Source: Mucilaginibacter sp.
GTDB lineage: Bacteria > Bacteroidota > Bacteroidia > Sphingobacteriales > Sphingobacteriaceae
DNA: 64,000 bases
NCBI RefSeq assembly: GCF_964263795.1
Contig: NZ_CAXVWK010000055.1
Location: forward strand, 34,157 to 98,156
Direction of reading: 5' to 3'
Part shown: in pieces, positions 41,701 to 50,682 of the stretch
How positions within the stretch are numbered: position 1 is the stretch's first letter
Layout of the letters: each line of letters starts with the position of its first letter
Made by a program: the position numbers and the translations under genes
The notes under the pieces: model-generated
Database searches by the model: none
The model's input: the letters and a program-made list of their open reading frames with translations, nothing else
What the model was told of the DNA's origin: nothing

Positions 41701-42921
41701 ATCGGTTTCTTGTTAGGCAGTCAGGCCGATCTGCGCAACAAGGCTATTGCCAATGGTTGGATAACTACCGATACGTTGCAAAATCAATTGTACGTTAAAA
41801 CCTTTAATGAAGATATCCGGCTGCGCAGTATAATTGAACCCTTCAGGGACCTGCGGATAGAACTGATAGGCTTTCGTGCACAAGACAAAAATTACCAAAC
41901 CAATTTTAAATACCTGTCCACAACTAACTCTATTGAAAACTCAAGCCCGGTTACATCTGGTACGTACAGCGTTTCCATACTATCTATTGCTACGGCCTTT
42001 TCAAAAAATACAGGCATTAATAATTCATCAGATGTTTTCCGTCAATTTTTAGCTAACAGGCAGGTTATTTCACAAAAACTCGGTCAAACCAATCCAAATT
42101 CAGGCGGGACAAACAGCGGTTATGCCGATGGGTACGGCCCTAATGCGCAAAATGTGCTGGTACCGGCTTTCCTGGCGGCGTACACCGGTAAAAGTGCGTC
42201 GTCATCCAGTTTAAATCAGTTTCCAAATATACCTATCCCCAACTGGCAGATCACTTATAACGGCCTCAGTAAGCTGCCATTTTTTAATGACCTGTTCGAT
42301 TCTTTTGATGTAAAGCATGGCTACAGATCGTCCTACAATGTTAACAGCTACACTACATTGCTGCAGTATCAGGAAAACGCCGGTAAGGTAAGTTCAAGAG
42401 ATATAAATAACGACTTTCTGCCGTTTTACCAATTTTCGCAAGTAAGCATCTTTGAGCAGTTTGTGCCGTTATTTGGTGCCGATGTGCGCTTTAAAAACAG
42501 CATGACGGCCAATTTTGAATACCGCAAAACCCGTGCGTTGAGCCTGAGTTTGCTTAACAGCCAACTGGCGCAGCAAAATGAAAATATTTTGGTGTTTGGA
42601 TTTGGTTACCGGCCAAAAAACTTCCGGATGCCGTTTGGCTTATTTGGTACAGGGGCACGTACCAATAACGATGTGAATTTTAAACTGGATGTTGCTGTGC
42701 GGGATAACAAGACCCTTATATACCGGGCAGATATCGAAGCTGCCGAAATCTCATCCGGCGCTAAGAATATTACACTAAGGCCGGCTATAGATTATGTGAT
42801 AAACCAGCGGTTTAATCTTAATTTGTTTTACGATAGCAATATCACTAAGCCTTACACCTCACAAACATTTAATACAGCGTTCACAAACTTTGGTATCAAT
42901 TTAAAATTGCTGTTACAGTAA
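35734..42921 (+). CDS. sprA: T9SS outer-membrane translocon SprA (Sov)
   Basis: 2395 aa; IFGSSVIDIRPQGSAE, FNFDQRIQL, PEDEIIQKIEAG-type region, WFDELRL; ends GINLKLLLQ; follows ruvA. Confidence 0.92.
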   Translation: MIRLSTYSICIGILFIAAFCGVGKVYAQQTPVTGTSPANKPGQTTQQPLNSTPGNRSLPGIRPALTKQAAAPATSTVKPQSARDTLPPVKATPKLSKTKNQQIREGNFLFDPPGLIRTVEYDPLTNMYILYERVGNLLYRAPQYLTFMQYLELQQKGLKRDYFKQLADNYAYDSQQEGFIPQFKVRSKTFEQIFGSSVIDIRPQGSAEVILAGQVNSNQNPLFNTRQRKQFNFNFDQRIQLNVTGNIGDKLKISTNYNTEAQFQFENQIKLDYTGHPDEIIQKIEAGTVSLPLNTTLISGSQALFGVKTKLKFGKLDVTSIFSQQRSQSKNITITNGSQQGYINLTPADYESNKHYFLSQYFRNNYNRALANIPIISSNINITKIEVWTTNRTNVTTDSRDIIAFLDLGENRPYNGTLIQGGAGFSGLPAGFRGPGFVQQSNSLLQNLPPGARVTNSNDVANYFRATGATDNYSKLTYARKLVQGKEYNLSPQLGYISLNYPLNNDEVLAVAYQYSYNGQTFQVGEFSSDVAVDPATPKALFVKLLKNELLKTNLPTWDLMMKNIYTTGAFQISPTNFKLNISRLDDKSGIEKTIMDEGQNTKSKRWLQLTGLDNLDQQNAKNPDGYFDFLEGITIDSQNGRIMFPVLEPFGSDLARQFTTGEADLANRYVYQPLYDSTKTIAQQFFPKLNRYLIKGTYTSQGGSEYQLNAVNIPQGSVVVTAGTLKLQEGTDYTIDYSAGRIRVLNQALLQSGQPINIKLENNELFGVQQKSFYGSRFDYRVNPKLALGATIMHLTEQPITQNEIVGEESISNTIWGADVNYSSESRFLTKLVDKIPFINTKAPSTVNFSGEFAKLMPGSPGALNFAGSKNGTSYLDDFENSRSIIDIKSAINWQIAGTPQMFPEAQSFNDLSYGFNRARLAFYNIDPIFYTSSNSIGINRAELSNHYVRQIIEQEVFPYKQSVTGQPLSLPTLNLAFYPTIRGQYNYATTGINSDGTLQNPRNRWGGIFRKLETNDFESLNVGYIEFWMMDPFIYKPASAGGDLYFNLGSVSEDILKDGRKSLENSLPVDGSTDKTDETVWGRVSKLQPVINAFDNNPDARRLQDVGLDGLNDVGENTKFSAFVAQAKAVLSPSAASTLTTDPSSDNYQYYQGPDLDASRAGILDRYGRYNGTEGNSKTAEQSQAELGLQTSASTSLPDGEDINRDNNMSQTDEYYQYRVSVRPQDMVIGQNFISDKVTSQVKLANGTTQAVTWYQFRIPINDYQSKVGNIQDFKAIRFMRMFMTNFADTSVLRFATLQLVRSEWRTFNAENNPANIIVDPAIANPVIDNSNLDVQAVNIEENGNRTPIPYVVPPGINRQRNYNNLQTDTRLNEQSLSLNVTQLRDGYSRAAFRTFYNDLRSYKKIQMFIHAEGDQLRDNDLNAFVRLGVDYQDNYYEYEVPLSITQPGTRDPDAIWPANNELNLTLSILTDAKLARNNAKLNGQPWPFTVPFTYTDGQNKVTIKGQPDLSRLRAIMLGVRNPYRPNRPGDDGLDKSGTVWFDELRLTDFDQRGGWAATARFDAALADFGNVTVAGSKSTIGFGTIDSRVSDRSRSDNQVIDVSGSLELGKFFPEKSGIRIPAYVNYSTQKSTPQYDPGSPDVELKKSLAAAPTTKARDSIKNVTVDYTVRKSINFTNVHKERTNPTANNHIWDVENFSATYAYTEYQHHDFIVENDFSKTYRVALAYNYANQPKYYTPLAKRIKSNLLALARDFNYSLLPSRLNFSINFDRFYSENTLRNNDPNNFIPIPTSFNKNFNITRVYGIGWNLSKSLQMDIDATNLSVVDEPAGRINGLKRDTLWDNLKRLGRTTNYNHTINFNYTTPINKIPGLDWTALLARYSTHFNWQTQPEFAINNPAYDIGNSIQNSRSIQLNPTLNFNGLYNKFRGLRKNSNTDQGGIGKFFLRILTGIKNINGTYTRTEGTFLPGYLPQSNLFGQDLTYDAPGIGFLLGSQADLRNKAIANGWITTDTLQNQLYVKTFNEDIRLRSIIEPFRDLRIELIGFRAQDKNYQTNFKYLSTTNSIENSSPVTSGTYSVSILSIATAFSKNTGINNSSDVFRQFLANRQVISQKLGQTNPNSGGTNSGYADGYGPNAQNVLVPAFLAAYTGKSASSSSLNQFPNIPIPNWQITYNGLSKLPFFNDLFDSFDVKHGYRSSYNVNSYTTLLQYQENAGKVSSRDINNDFLPFYQFSQVSIFEQFVPLFGADVRFKNSMTANFEYRKTRALSLSLLNSQLAQQNENILVFGFGYRPKNFRMPFGLFGTGARTNNDVNFKLDVAVRDNKTLIYRADIEAAEISSGAKNITLRPAIDYVINQRFNLNLFYDSNITKPYTSQTFNTAFTNFGINLKLLLQ

Positions 42922-42925
42922 TTTA

Positions 42926-44764
42926 TCAACCATTCGGGTCGGACAATTTTTGACGTTGCTTGGCCATTTTTTTGTGTTTGCGGTTAGCTTGTCGTTCGGT
43001 ACGTTTTTTTTGCCGGGCCACCTTCTCCACCTTTTTGCGGCTTTTCTTCAACTCCTGATCGGACATCTTTTTGATCACCTCTTTTTTCTTAGCTTTTCCC
43101 ACCCCAACACAAGGCTTAATGCCGCTCAATAGCGCCTGCCATACCGTTTTAAAAAATGGATAGTTATAGGGGCGTGTGTAAACCACTGCCGACGACCGCG
43201 GGAATGTGCCGGGCTTATCAGGGTTGTTATGTTTTATCACCATCGAATTGGCAAAAAACGATGCGATTGTTTTTTTAGAAAACCCTTTTTTAGCAGTGTC
43301 GGCCCGCAGCAGATTTATATTTAAGTCGTTATAAAGCAAATTAACTGTGCCGCGGGTAACCTTGTTTGTAGCATGAAGATTGAAATCAAGGCTGTTTACG
43401 GTGCCCGATGTGATTTTAACCATAGCCAGCGGCATAGTAGCTTTGTTAATGCGGCCCAGATCAAAACTGCCCAGGTGGCCTTTGTAGCTATAACTGTTGG
43501 CCGCGTCGGTAAGATTAAATGTAAAGGCAAGATCAAGCCGGCCGCGTTCCATAAATAACGTGGTGAGGTTAACCTTTGCAACCGGATGCGATTTTAAAGA
43601 ATCCTTATTGTTTGTGATGTTGTAAAACTTACCCCTGGTATTGTTAAAAGTAAGTACTCCTGTTTTACGGGAATTTTTGTTGAATTCATTATAAATGACA
43701 TTTAGCTGCCTGATGGTGAGCGTGTCTATATTAAAAGCCGTTTTAACCGCTTTGATAGCCACATGCGGGAAAGTGATTACCCTGTCATCAGTCTTGGGTT
43801 TGGCATTTGGGTTACTGTAAACAGCTAAAACACCCTTGCTCAATAATACATTGGCAGCATTAAAGCTCCTGTATTTATGATAGCTAAGAAAATCGAAATT
43901 GTTGATCTGAAAGGTATCCAGCCGGAAGGTGAACCTATCTGCTTTGCTGTTATCAAAAAATGCAGCAGGTTTTACAGGTTGCAGAACTAAACCTTTTACA
44001 CTTAGTTGTGATGCCTTGGTAGATAACTTTGCCGATTTAACCGTATAAGTATACAGGCCATTAGCTGACCGGCCGGTATAGTTATACAACTCGGTAGTGA
44101 TATCGCTGCAATAAAGTAACCGGCTGCGATCGGTTTGGGTAGCCGAGTCTATAAGCAGATCAGTTGCCTTAAGGTTCATTTCTTTTAACTCTGAAACTGC
44201 CAGCTTTGGCCCCGAATAATCTTTGTACTTAAGCTTCACATCGTTCAAATAGATCTCGTCTACATGGATCAGCTTCAGTGTTTTAGAAATCTTTTGCCAT
44301 AAGTTGCGGCTATCCTTTGCAACGGTATCTTTAGTATGATTTATCTGATAGCTTACCTGTAGGTCAGGCGCGCTTAGCGTAATGCGGCCGATATGCAGTT
44401 TCTTTTTAAAATAGAGGGTAAAGGGGTGGATGTTGGATAATACCAGCTTTTTAACATTTAGCTCGTACAAATTATTAGGGGCTAATCCCAGATTCTTTTT
44501 ATTGCGGTATACAGTTGTATCCGGCCGCAGTTTAATATCGTAGAGTACTATTTTGCCTTGCAGTATATGTAGCTCGGCATTTGTAAAATCAACTTTGTAA
44601 AGGCCGTCTGTACTTTTGGTGAGTTCGGTTTTTACCTTGTCTGCCAATATGGGTGACCAATATCTGTTAAGCAGAAATGCCGGTATCAGCACCAATATAA
44701 ACAGTGATAATAAAACTATAAATGAAATTTTTTGCCACTTGTGCTTTAGAAACTTTAACGGCAT
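42926..44764 (-). CDS. AsmA/DUF748-like membrane-anchored protein with basic C-tail
   Basis: single N-terminal TM, beta-rich body, K/R-rich tail; ATG 44764 preferred over track start 44833. Confidence 0.6.
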   Translation of the reverse strand: MPLKFLKHKWQKISFIVLLSLFILVLIPAFLLNRYWSPILADKVKTELTKSTDGLYKVDFTNAELHILQGKIVLYDIKLRPDTTVYRNKKNLGLAPNNLYELNVKKLVLSNIHPFTLYFKKKLHIGRITLSAPDLQVSYQINHTKDTVAKDSRNLWQKISKTLKLIHVDEIYLNDVKLKYKDYSGPKLAVSELKEMNLKATDLLIDSATQTDRSRLLYCSDITTELYNYTGRSANGLYTYTVKSAKLSTKASQLSVKGLVLQPVKPAAFFDNSKADRFTFRLDTFQINNFDFLSYHKYRSFNAANVLLSKGVLAVYSNPNAKPKTDDRVITFPHVAIKAVKTAFNIDTLTIRQLNVIYNEFNKNSRKTGVLTFNNTRGKFYNITNNKDSLKSHPVAKVNLTTLFMERGRLDLAFTFNLTDAANSYSYKGHLGSFDLGRINKATMPLAMVKITSGTVNSLDFNLHATNKVTRGTVNLLYNDLNINLLRADTAKKGFSKKTIASFFANSMVIKHNNPDKPGTFPRSSAVVYTRPYNYPFFKTVWQALLSGIKPCVGVGKAKKKEVIKKMSDQELKKSRKKVEKVARQKKRTERQANRKHKKMAKQRQKLSDPNG

Positions 44765-44889
44765 TCTATATTTTTTGGTTTGGATCCTTGACGCATCTGT
44801 TCCTGATTTACAACTTTTAAAAGTTATAACCACAAAAGACTCTTTTTGTTAAACGCTGACAAACTGTCATCCAATATATAAAAAATATG

Positions 44890-44897
44890 TATTTTTG
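44890..44897 (+). promoter_or_regulatory. Bacteroidota -7 element upstream of miaB
   Basis: TATTTTTG fits TAnnTTTG. Confidence 0.5.
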
Positions 44898-44912
44898 CGA
44901 TTCAATTTTTAG

Positions 44913-46400
44913 ATGACTATGGATTTGCTTATTCAGGATAAAGTGCACGACGAAAGCAGGCAGGGTGAAGCTTTGGTGTTAGACCCGGTTATTGGTAAAA
45001 ATAGCGGGCGAAAGCTTTATATAGAAAGTTACGGCTGCGCAATGAATTTTAGCGATAGCGAGATTGTAGCGTCAATTTTATCAGAACAAGGTTTTGAAAC
45101 CACATCTGATTTCAGAAACGCCGACGTGGTGTTCATCAATACATGCTCTATCCGTGAGAATGCCGAAACCAGGGTACGCAACCGGTTAAAGGAATTTGCC
45201 GGCGCCAAGTTTAAAAATCCGGGTATGGTAGTTGGCGTACTGGGCTGTATGGCCGAGCGCTTAAAAGCGAAATTTTTAGAAGAAGAAAAACTGGTAGATG
45301 TTGTTGTAGGCCCTGATGCTTACCGCGACCTGCCAAACCTGATAGACAAGGTGGATGGCGGGCAACGGGCTGTAAACGTGTTATTAAGCCGCGAAGAAAC
45401 CTATGCAGACATCAGCCCGGTAAGGTTGAACAGCAATGGTATTAACGCGTTTGTATCAATTATGCGTGGCTGCGATAATATGTGCTCATTTTGTGTGGTG
45501 CCGTTTACCCGTGGCCGTGAGCGGAGCCGGGATGCTTATTCGGTAGTTGCCGAATGTCAGGATCTTTTTGATAAAGGCTATCGTGAGGTTACTTTGCTGG
45601 GCCAGAATGTAGATTCTTACAAGTGGAGCCCTATCCAATCTACCCTGGCAGAGGCGAATTTAGAAGAAGCTCGCGTTTCCTCTACCGGCGTGAATGTAGA
45701 AGGGTCTGGTACAGTTAATTTTGCAAAATTACTGGAAATGGTTGCACTGGTTAGTCCTGATTTGCGGGTACGTTTTTCCACTTCACATCCAAAGGACATT
45801 ACCGACGAGGTTTTGTACACCATTGCCAAATATGATAATATTTGCAACTATATACACCTGCCGGTACAAAGTGGTAACAGCCGCGTACTGGAGATGATGA
45901 ACCGCACTTATGACCGTGAGTGGTATATGAACAGGATAGATGCCATCCGCAGCATTATCCCTGATTGCGCGGTATCTACAGATGTGATCACCGGGTTTTG
46001 CACAGAGACTGATGAAGAGCATAACGATACCGTAACCATGATGGATTACGTAAAGTATGACTATGCCTACATGTTTAAATATAGCGAGAGGCCGGGCACT
46101 TTAGCAGCCAAACGCTATGCCGATGATATACCCGAAGAAGTAAAGCAAAGCCGCTTGTCGCAAATAGTGGCTAAGCAACAGGAGTATTCGTTTTACCGGA
46201 TGCAGGCACGTATCGGGAAGGTTGAGAAAGTGCTAATAGAAGGATTCTCAAAAAAATCAAACAGCGATTATTGCGGCCGCAGCGACCAAAACGCGATGGT
46301 AATTTTCCCGGTAAGCGATAAATACAAGCCGGGGCAGTATGTTCATGTTTTGGTAGAGCGCACAACCTCTGCAACGCTTATAGGAAGAATAATTGCTTAA
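44913..46400 (+). CDS. miaB: tRNA (N6-isopentenyl adenosine(37)-C2)-methylthiotransferase
   Basis: [43 protein letters not shown]-terminal TRAM domain. Confidence 0.97.
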   Translation: MTMDLLIQDKVHDESRQGEALVLDPVIGKNSGRKLYIESYGCAMNFSDSEIVASILSEQGFETTSDFRNADVVFINTCSIRENAETRVRNRLKEFAGAKFKNPGMVVGVLGCMAERLKAKFLEEEKLVDVVVGPDAYRDLPNLIDKVDGGQRAVNVLLSREETYADISPVRLNSNGINAFVSIMRGCDNMCSFCVVPFTRGRERSRDAYSVVAECQDLFDKGYREVTLLGQNVDSYKWSPIQSTLAEANLEEARVSSTGVNVEGSGTVNFAKLLEMVALVSPDLRVRFSTSHPKDITDEVLYTIAKYDNICNYIHLPVQSGNSRVLEMMNRTYDREWYMNRIDAIRSIIPDCAVSTDVITGFCTETDEEHNDTVTMMDYVKYDYAYMFKYSERPGTLAAKRYADDIPEEVKQSRLSQIVAKQQEYSFYRMQARIGKVEKVLIEGFSKKSNSDYCGRSDQNAMVIFPVSDKYKPGQYVHVLVERTTSATLIGRIIA

Positions 46401-46466
46401 TTTGAGGATTTGAAGATTTGAAAATCCCTAAATTCTCAAATTTTCAAATTGCCAAATTTTCAAATT
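46399..46466. repeat. 8-nt-period palindromic intergenic array
   Basis: TTTGA at 46401/46409/46417; AAATT at 46430/46438/46446/46454/46462; the arms are reverse complements (AATTTG/CAAATT). Confidence 0.75.
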
Positions 46467-46472
46467 GAACAA

Positions 46473-47714
46473 ATGGAAGTACAAGAAATCAAACAGCGCT
46501 TTGGCATCATTGGTAATTCACCGTTGCTTAACAGGGCTATAAATATTGCCAACCAGGTATCGCCAACAGACATTTCGGTATTGATAACCGGCGAGAGCGG
46601 TAGTGGTAAAGAGGTGTTTTCGCACATTATCCATCAAATGAGTCCGCGGAAACACGGGCCGTTCATCGCGGTAAACTGTGGTGCCATACCCGAGGGCACT
46701 ATTGATTCCGAGCTTTTTGGGCACGAGAAAGGTGCCTATACCGGCGCCGTTGGCGAACGTAAAGGCTACTTTGAAACCGTTAATGGCGGCACCATATTTT
46801 TAGATGAGATTGCCGAAATGCCTTTGGGCACCCAGGCCCGCTTATTAAGGGTGCTGGAGTCCGGGCAGTATATCAGGGTGGGTTCATCTAAAGTAGAAAA
46901 AACTAACGTACGTGTAATTGCCGCAACCAATGTTGATGTTTATGACGCGGTTAAGGCAGGCCGTTTCCGGGAGGACCTTTACTATCGTTTGAACACCGTA
47001 CCATTACGTATCCCACCGCTACGTGACAGGAAGGAAGATATTTTCCTGTTGTTTCGCAAATTTACATCAGATTTTACCGACAAATACCGTACTCCGCCCA
47101 TCCAGCTGGACGACGAGGCGCAGCAGGTATTGATCAATTACTCGTGGCCGGGTAATGTACGGCAGCTGAAAAATATGGCAGAGCAGTTGGCCGTACTGGA
47201 ACGCGACAGGGTGATAACCGCACCTACACTTTTAACGTATATACCGCACGAGGCCAGCCGCAGCAATTTACCTATGCGATTAGACAATCAGCCCAAAGAA
47301 GACTTTTCTGAAAGGGATATACTTTACAAGGTGCTGTTTGATATGAAGCGCGATATGGTAGAGCTTAAAAAGTTAGTGGCCGATATTATTGAGCATGGCG
47401 GCGTAAGTACAAATTATCCAAGCCAATCGCAGTTAACGCAGCTTTACAGAGATATAGAACTGCCGGTAACTAACAATCATACCGAGCCGCAATTCACCCT
47501 GCAGCAACCCGTTACAAATAACGTTAACAATGGTGATTACAACATCACTCACGAAGCCGAGGAGGTAGAAGAATCATTGTCGCTGGTAGAAAAGGAGTCG
47601 GACCTGATCCGCAAAGCACTAAAAAAGCACAAAGGCAAACGTAAGCTAGCTGCTAATGAACTGGGCATATCGGAAAGGACTTTATATCGTAAAATAAAAG
47701 AATTAGATTTATAA
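46473..47714 (+). CDS. sigma54-dependent Fis-family activator (bEBP) lacking an N-terminal sensor domain
   Basis: GESGSGKE Walker A, GAYTGA loop, FLDEI, FREDLYYRL, WPGNVRQL, Fis HTH LGISERTLYRKI; ATG 46473 preferred over TTG 46449. Confidence 0.92.
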   Translation: MEVQEIKQRFGIIGNSPLLNRAINIANQVSPTDISVLITGESGSGKEVFSHIIHQMSPRKHGPFIAVNCGAIPEGTIDSELFGHEKGAYTGAVGERKGYFETVNGGTIFLDEIAEMPLGTQARLLRVLESGQYIRVGSSKVEKTNVRVIAATNVDVYDAVKAGRFREDLYYRLNTVPLRIPPLRDRKEDIFLLFRKFTSDFTDKYRTPPIQLDDEAQQVLINYSWPGNVRQLKNMAEQLAVLERDRVITAPTLLTYIPHEASRSNLPMRLDNQPKEDFSERDILYKVLFDMKRDMVELKKLVADIIEHGGVSTNYPSQSQLTQLYRDIELPVTNNHTEPQFTLQQPVTNNVNNGDYNITHEAEEVEESLSLVEKESDLIRKALKKHKGKRKLAANELGISERTLYRKIKELDL

Positions 47715-47720
47715 CCATAC

Positions 47721-48248
47721 ATGGGCAAAAAGCTTTTAGTTAATATAGGAATGTTGGGCTTGGTAATTATGCTTTTCGCATCATGTACCTACAAGCTTAC
47801 TCAAAGCGGCGCTTCTATCCCGTTGGGGCTCAAAACAATCGATATTCAGTATTTTGAAAATAATTCCCAGTTGGTGGTAAGTACGCTGAGCCAGCAATTT
47901 ACCGAAGCGCTTAAAGACCGTATCCGTACACAAACCAGTTTGAGCATTGTGCGTGGCGAAAGCGCGGATGCAACTATGTCTGGCGCAATCACCAATTATA
48001 CAATTGCACCGGTATCTATCCAGGCAACCAATTCTAATACAGCGCCTATTGCGGGAGCCAGCAGGCTTACAATTACTGTTACAGTAAAATATGTTTACAG
48101 TAAAGATAAAAAGTTTAATTTTGAAGAGTCGTTTACTAAATACAGGGAGTTTACGGGCGATTTGTCGACACAGGAGCCGGCCCTTATAAGGGATATCAAT
48201 AAACAATTAACCGACGATATTTTTAACCGTGCCTTTGCAAATTGGTAA
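47721..48248 (+). CDS. lptE: LPS assembly lipoprotein LptE family
   Basis: lipobox LFASC; TIDIQYFENN..FTEALKDRI..RLTITVTVKY..IFNRAFANW typical of Bacteroidota LptE. Confidence 0.78.
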   Translation: MGKKLLVNIGMLGLVIMLFASCTYKLTQSGASIPLGLKTIDIQYFENNSQLVVSTLSQQFTEALKDRIRTQTSLSIVRGESADATMSGAITNYTIAPVSIQATNSNTAPIAGASRLTITVTVKYVYSKDKKFNFEESFTKYREFTGDLSTQEPALIRDINKQLTDDIFNRAFANW

Positions 48249-48270
48249 GCAATTGATAGTTTTATAACCA

Positions 48271-50172
48271 GTGGATCAATACATAGATAACAGGCATAAA
48301 GAAATTTTATACGATTTGCTGGCCAACCCGGCAGATACAGGCCGGTTACATGTAGCTACCCTGGAGCGAATGGTGCACGATAACCCGCAAAGCGGATTGC
48401 TGCAGGTTTTACTTGCCCGCGCCGGTGAAAACGACGATGTTAAAAAAGCGGCCGCTTACTTTAAGCCCGGCACCCTGCACAAGCTGCTTTACAATGCCGA
48501 CAACCTGCCATTTGTGGCGCCGGGAAGGATTATTAACGCCGGTAGCAACCTTTCGCAAAGTTATTTTAGTGCTGCTCCGGTTGCCGAACAAGCAGAGCCT
48601 GCAAATGCAGATCAAGAACAAGACACCCCAGCAGCTGCCGACTCATACGATCCGGATACTGTTATTGTACCTCAGGACGATGAACAGCAACCTGCCTGGG
48701 TTGATCAACATCTATCAGAAGTTGATATACCTACCCTGGAGCAGGAAGAATTCGTAGCGAAAGCCGATCAGGAGGAAGAAATAGTTACAAGCGAAATCGA
48801 GCCGGCGACAGCTACTGAAATAGACGAAGAGGTACATGAAGAAATTCAAAGTGCCGATCATATAATACCTGAGCTTTATGCTTCATACAAAGAGCAGTTA
48901 GTACAGGCAGCGGCAGAACCCATACCTGCAGATGAACAATCTGCAGAAGAACCGGGTATTATTATTCCTGAACTTTACAATTCATATCAAGAACAGCTGG
49001 CGCACCCGGAGGCAGAACAAACCGCCACAGTGGAAGAACAACTTGCTGAACAGCCGGATACCATTGTGCCTGAGTTATACAATTCATACCAGGAGCAGAT
49101 TGCCATTACGGACGAGGCAAAACAGGATGAAGTAGAGGGTGCTTTTTATGAAACCACACCTGCAGTTCATGCCCCGGTAAAGCAAGAGCCAGCGCCACGT
49201 GGTGAGGATATTGATGAGGAAGTTTACGACGAGATAGTGGGCATAGATGATATCGGCTTTACATCAACGGTAAATGTGCTGCATGAGTCTGAAGAACTGC
49301 AACCGCAGGATGCTGACACGGAGGGACAAACCTGGGAAAATACTTTCTCTGATGAGGATGATTACCCGGAGGATGAAGAAGAGGAAGACGAAAGGCCTTT
49401 GCAGCTATCTAAAGGTTTAACGGACAGAGATATTGCTATCGACGAAGAAAAACTGATCTTAGGGAATATTGTAAGCGCCGACTATTTGATGTTTGATAAA
49501 AAGCTGGATGAGTTGCGCAATTCCGAACCGGCAAATGATCAAGCTCAGGAGCAAGAGCCGGATGCTGCACAAACAGCGACGGCGCCAGAGCCTGTGAAAG
49601 AACAAGAAGTATTATCACGCTATAATGATGATACCATGCCATATAGCTTTATGTGGTGGCTGGATAAAACACGTAAGGAACATGCCGGCACTTTCCAGCC
49701 GTATGTGGCTAACCCGGTTCCTAAACAAGTAAACATACAGATTGACTCTGCCGTTCAGCCCGAACATCAGCGGGTAAAGCCGGTTAAACGCAAAGCGCCG
49801 GACGAATTGCAGCAGCAGTATTTCGAGAATATTTTTAGCCTGACATCGGTAAGCGGAATTGAACGCGACGATGAAGAAAAAGGTATTGCGTTTGATCATA
49901 ACAGAAAAGAGGATGTGATCATCGAGCGGTTTATTCATAACGAGCCCCAGATCCGCGCGCCCGCCGCCGACAGGCTGGACAACGAGAATAAGGCAAAACG
50001 GAGTTCGGAAGACCAGGATGTAATGGTGACAGAGACACTGGCCCGCATCTATACCGACCAGATGTTATATCATAAAGCCATAGCCACTTATAAAAAATTG
50101 GTATTGAAATTCCCGGAAAAAAAGCTTTACTTTGCAGCCCAGATTGAACAGTTAGAAAAGAAAACCAATTGA
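48271..50172 (+). CDS. conserved hypothetical protein: acidic low-complexity core, internal repeats, TPR-like C-terminus
   Basis: 633 aa, E/D/A/P-rich; C-terminal VTETLARIYTDQMLYHKAIATYKKLVLKFPEKKLYFA. Confidence 0.75.
   Translation: MDQYIDNRHKEILYDLLANPADTGRLHVATLERMVHDNPQSGLLQVLLARAGENDDVKKAAAYFKPGTLHKLLYNADNLPFVAPGRIINAGSNLSQSYFSAAPVAEQAEPANADQEQDTPAAADSYDPDTVIVPQDDEQQPAWVDQHLSEVDIPTLEQEEFVAKADQEEEIVTSEIEPATATEIDEEVHEEIQSADHIIPELYASYKEQLVQAAAEPIPADEQSAEEPGIIIPELYNSYQEQLAHPEAEQTATVEEQLAEQPDTIVPELYNSYQEQIAITDEAKQDEVEGAFYETTPAVHAPVKQEPAPRGEDIDEEVYDEIVGIDDIGFTSTVNVLHESEELQPQDADTEGQTWENTFSDEDDYPEDEEEEDERPLQLSKGLTDRDIAIDEEKLILGNIVSADYLMFDKKLDELRNSEPANDQAQEQEPDAAQTATAPEPVKEQEVLSRYNDDTMPYSFMWWLDKTRKEHAGTFQPYVANPVPKQVNIQIDSAVQPEHQRVKPVKRKAPDELQQQYFENIFSLTSVSGIERDDEEKGIAFDHNRKEDVIIERFIHNEPQIRAPAADRLDNENKAKRSSEDQDVMVTETLARIYTDQMLYHKAIATYKKLVLKFPEKKLYFAAQIEQLEKKTN
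48862..49101 (+). repeat. three intragenic 33-34 aa repeats
   Basis: IIPELYASYKEQL (48862), IIPELYNSYQEQL (48961), IVPELYNSYQEQI (49063). Confidence 0.85.
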
Positions 50173-50184
50173 TATTATAAAGAA

Positions 50185-50532
50185 ATGTATTTAGTAATAA
50201 TGATCATCACAATTATCGCCTGTGTGCTTTTAGGCTTAATTGTATTAATTCAAAATCCCAAAGGCGGTGGTTTATCGTCAAATTTTTCGGGCTCTTCACA
50301 ATTGATGGGCGTACAAAAAACCGGCGATTTTCTTGAAAAAGGTACCTGGGTATTAGCTATAAGCATCATGGTATTATCACTGATTATGAATGTTACCTTA
50401 AAGGGTGGCGCACAAAGATCTGATGATCCGCAACTGATGGAGCAAATCAAAAAGGCATCTAAGCCAACCGCTGCACCATCATCGGCACCGCTTAGCGTAC
50501 CTGCTGCTCCGGCTCCTGCACCTAAAAAATAA
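50185..50532 (+). CDS. secG: preprotein translocase subunit SecG
   Basis: LIVLIQNPKGGGLSSNF..GVQKTGDFLEKGTW. Confidence 0.93.
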   Translation: MYLVIMIITIIACVLLGLIVLIQNPKGGGLSSNFSGSSQLMGVQKTGDFLEKGTWVLAISIMVLSLIMNVTLKGGAQRSDDPQLMEQIKKASKPTAAPSSAPLSVPAAPAPAPKK

Positions 50533-50551
50533 GTATTTAATTAGCGATATT

Positions 50552-50586
50552 AAAAAGGCTTTGGATAACCATCCAAAGCCTTTTTT
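50552..50586 (+). terminator. intrinsic terminator after secG
   Basis: AAAAAGGCTTTGGAT-aacc-ATCCAAAGCCTTTTTT. Confidence 0.88.
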
Positions 50587-50682
50587 ATGCTCCAGTATAA
50601 CTGACACGATGACACCCGATGGTTAACTTAATATTTGCAGGCTGTTAACGCATGACTAAAAGGTGACAATAAAACAGTAAAC

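Noticed and set aside
46449-46472. TTG-started N-terminal extension of the bEBP
   Set aside because: Falls inside the octamer repeat; ATG 46473 gives the typical start
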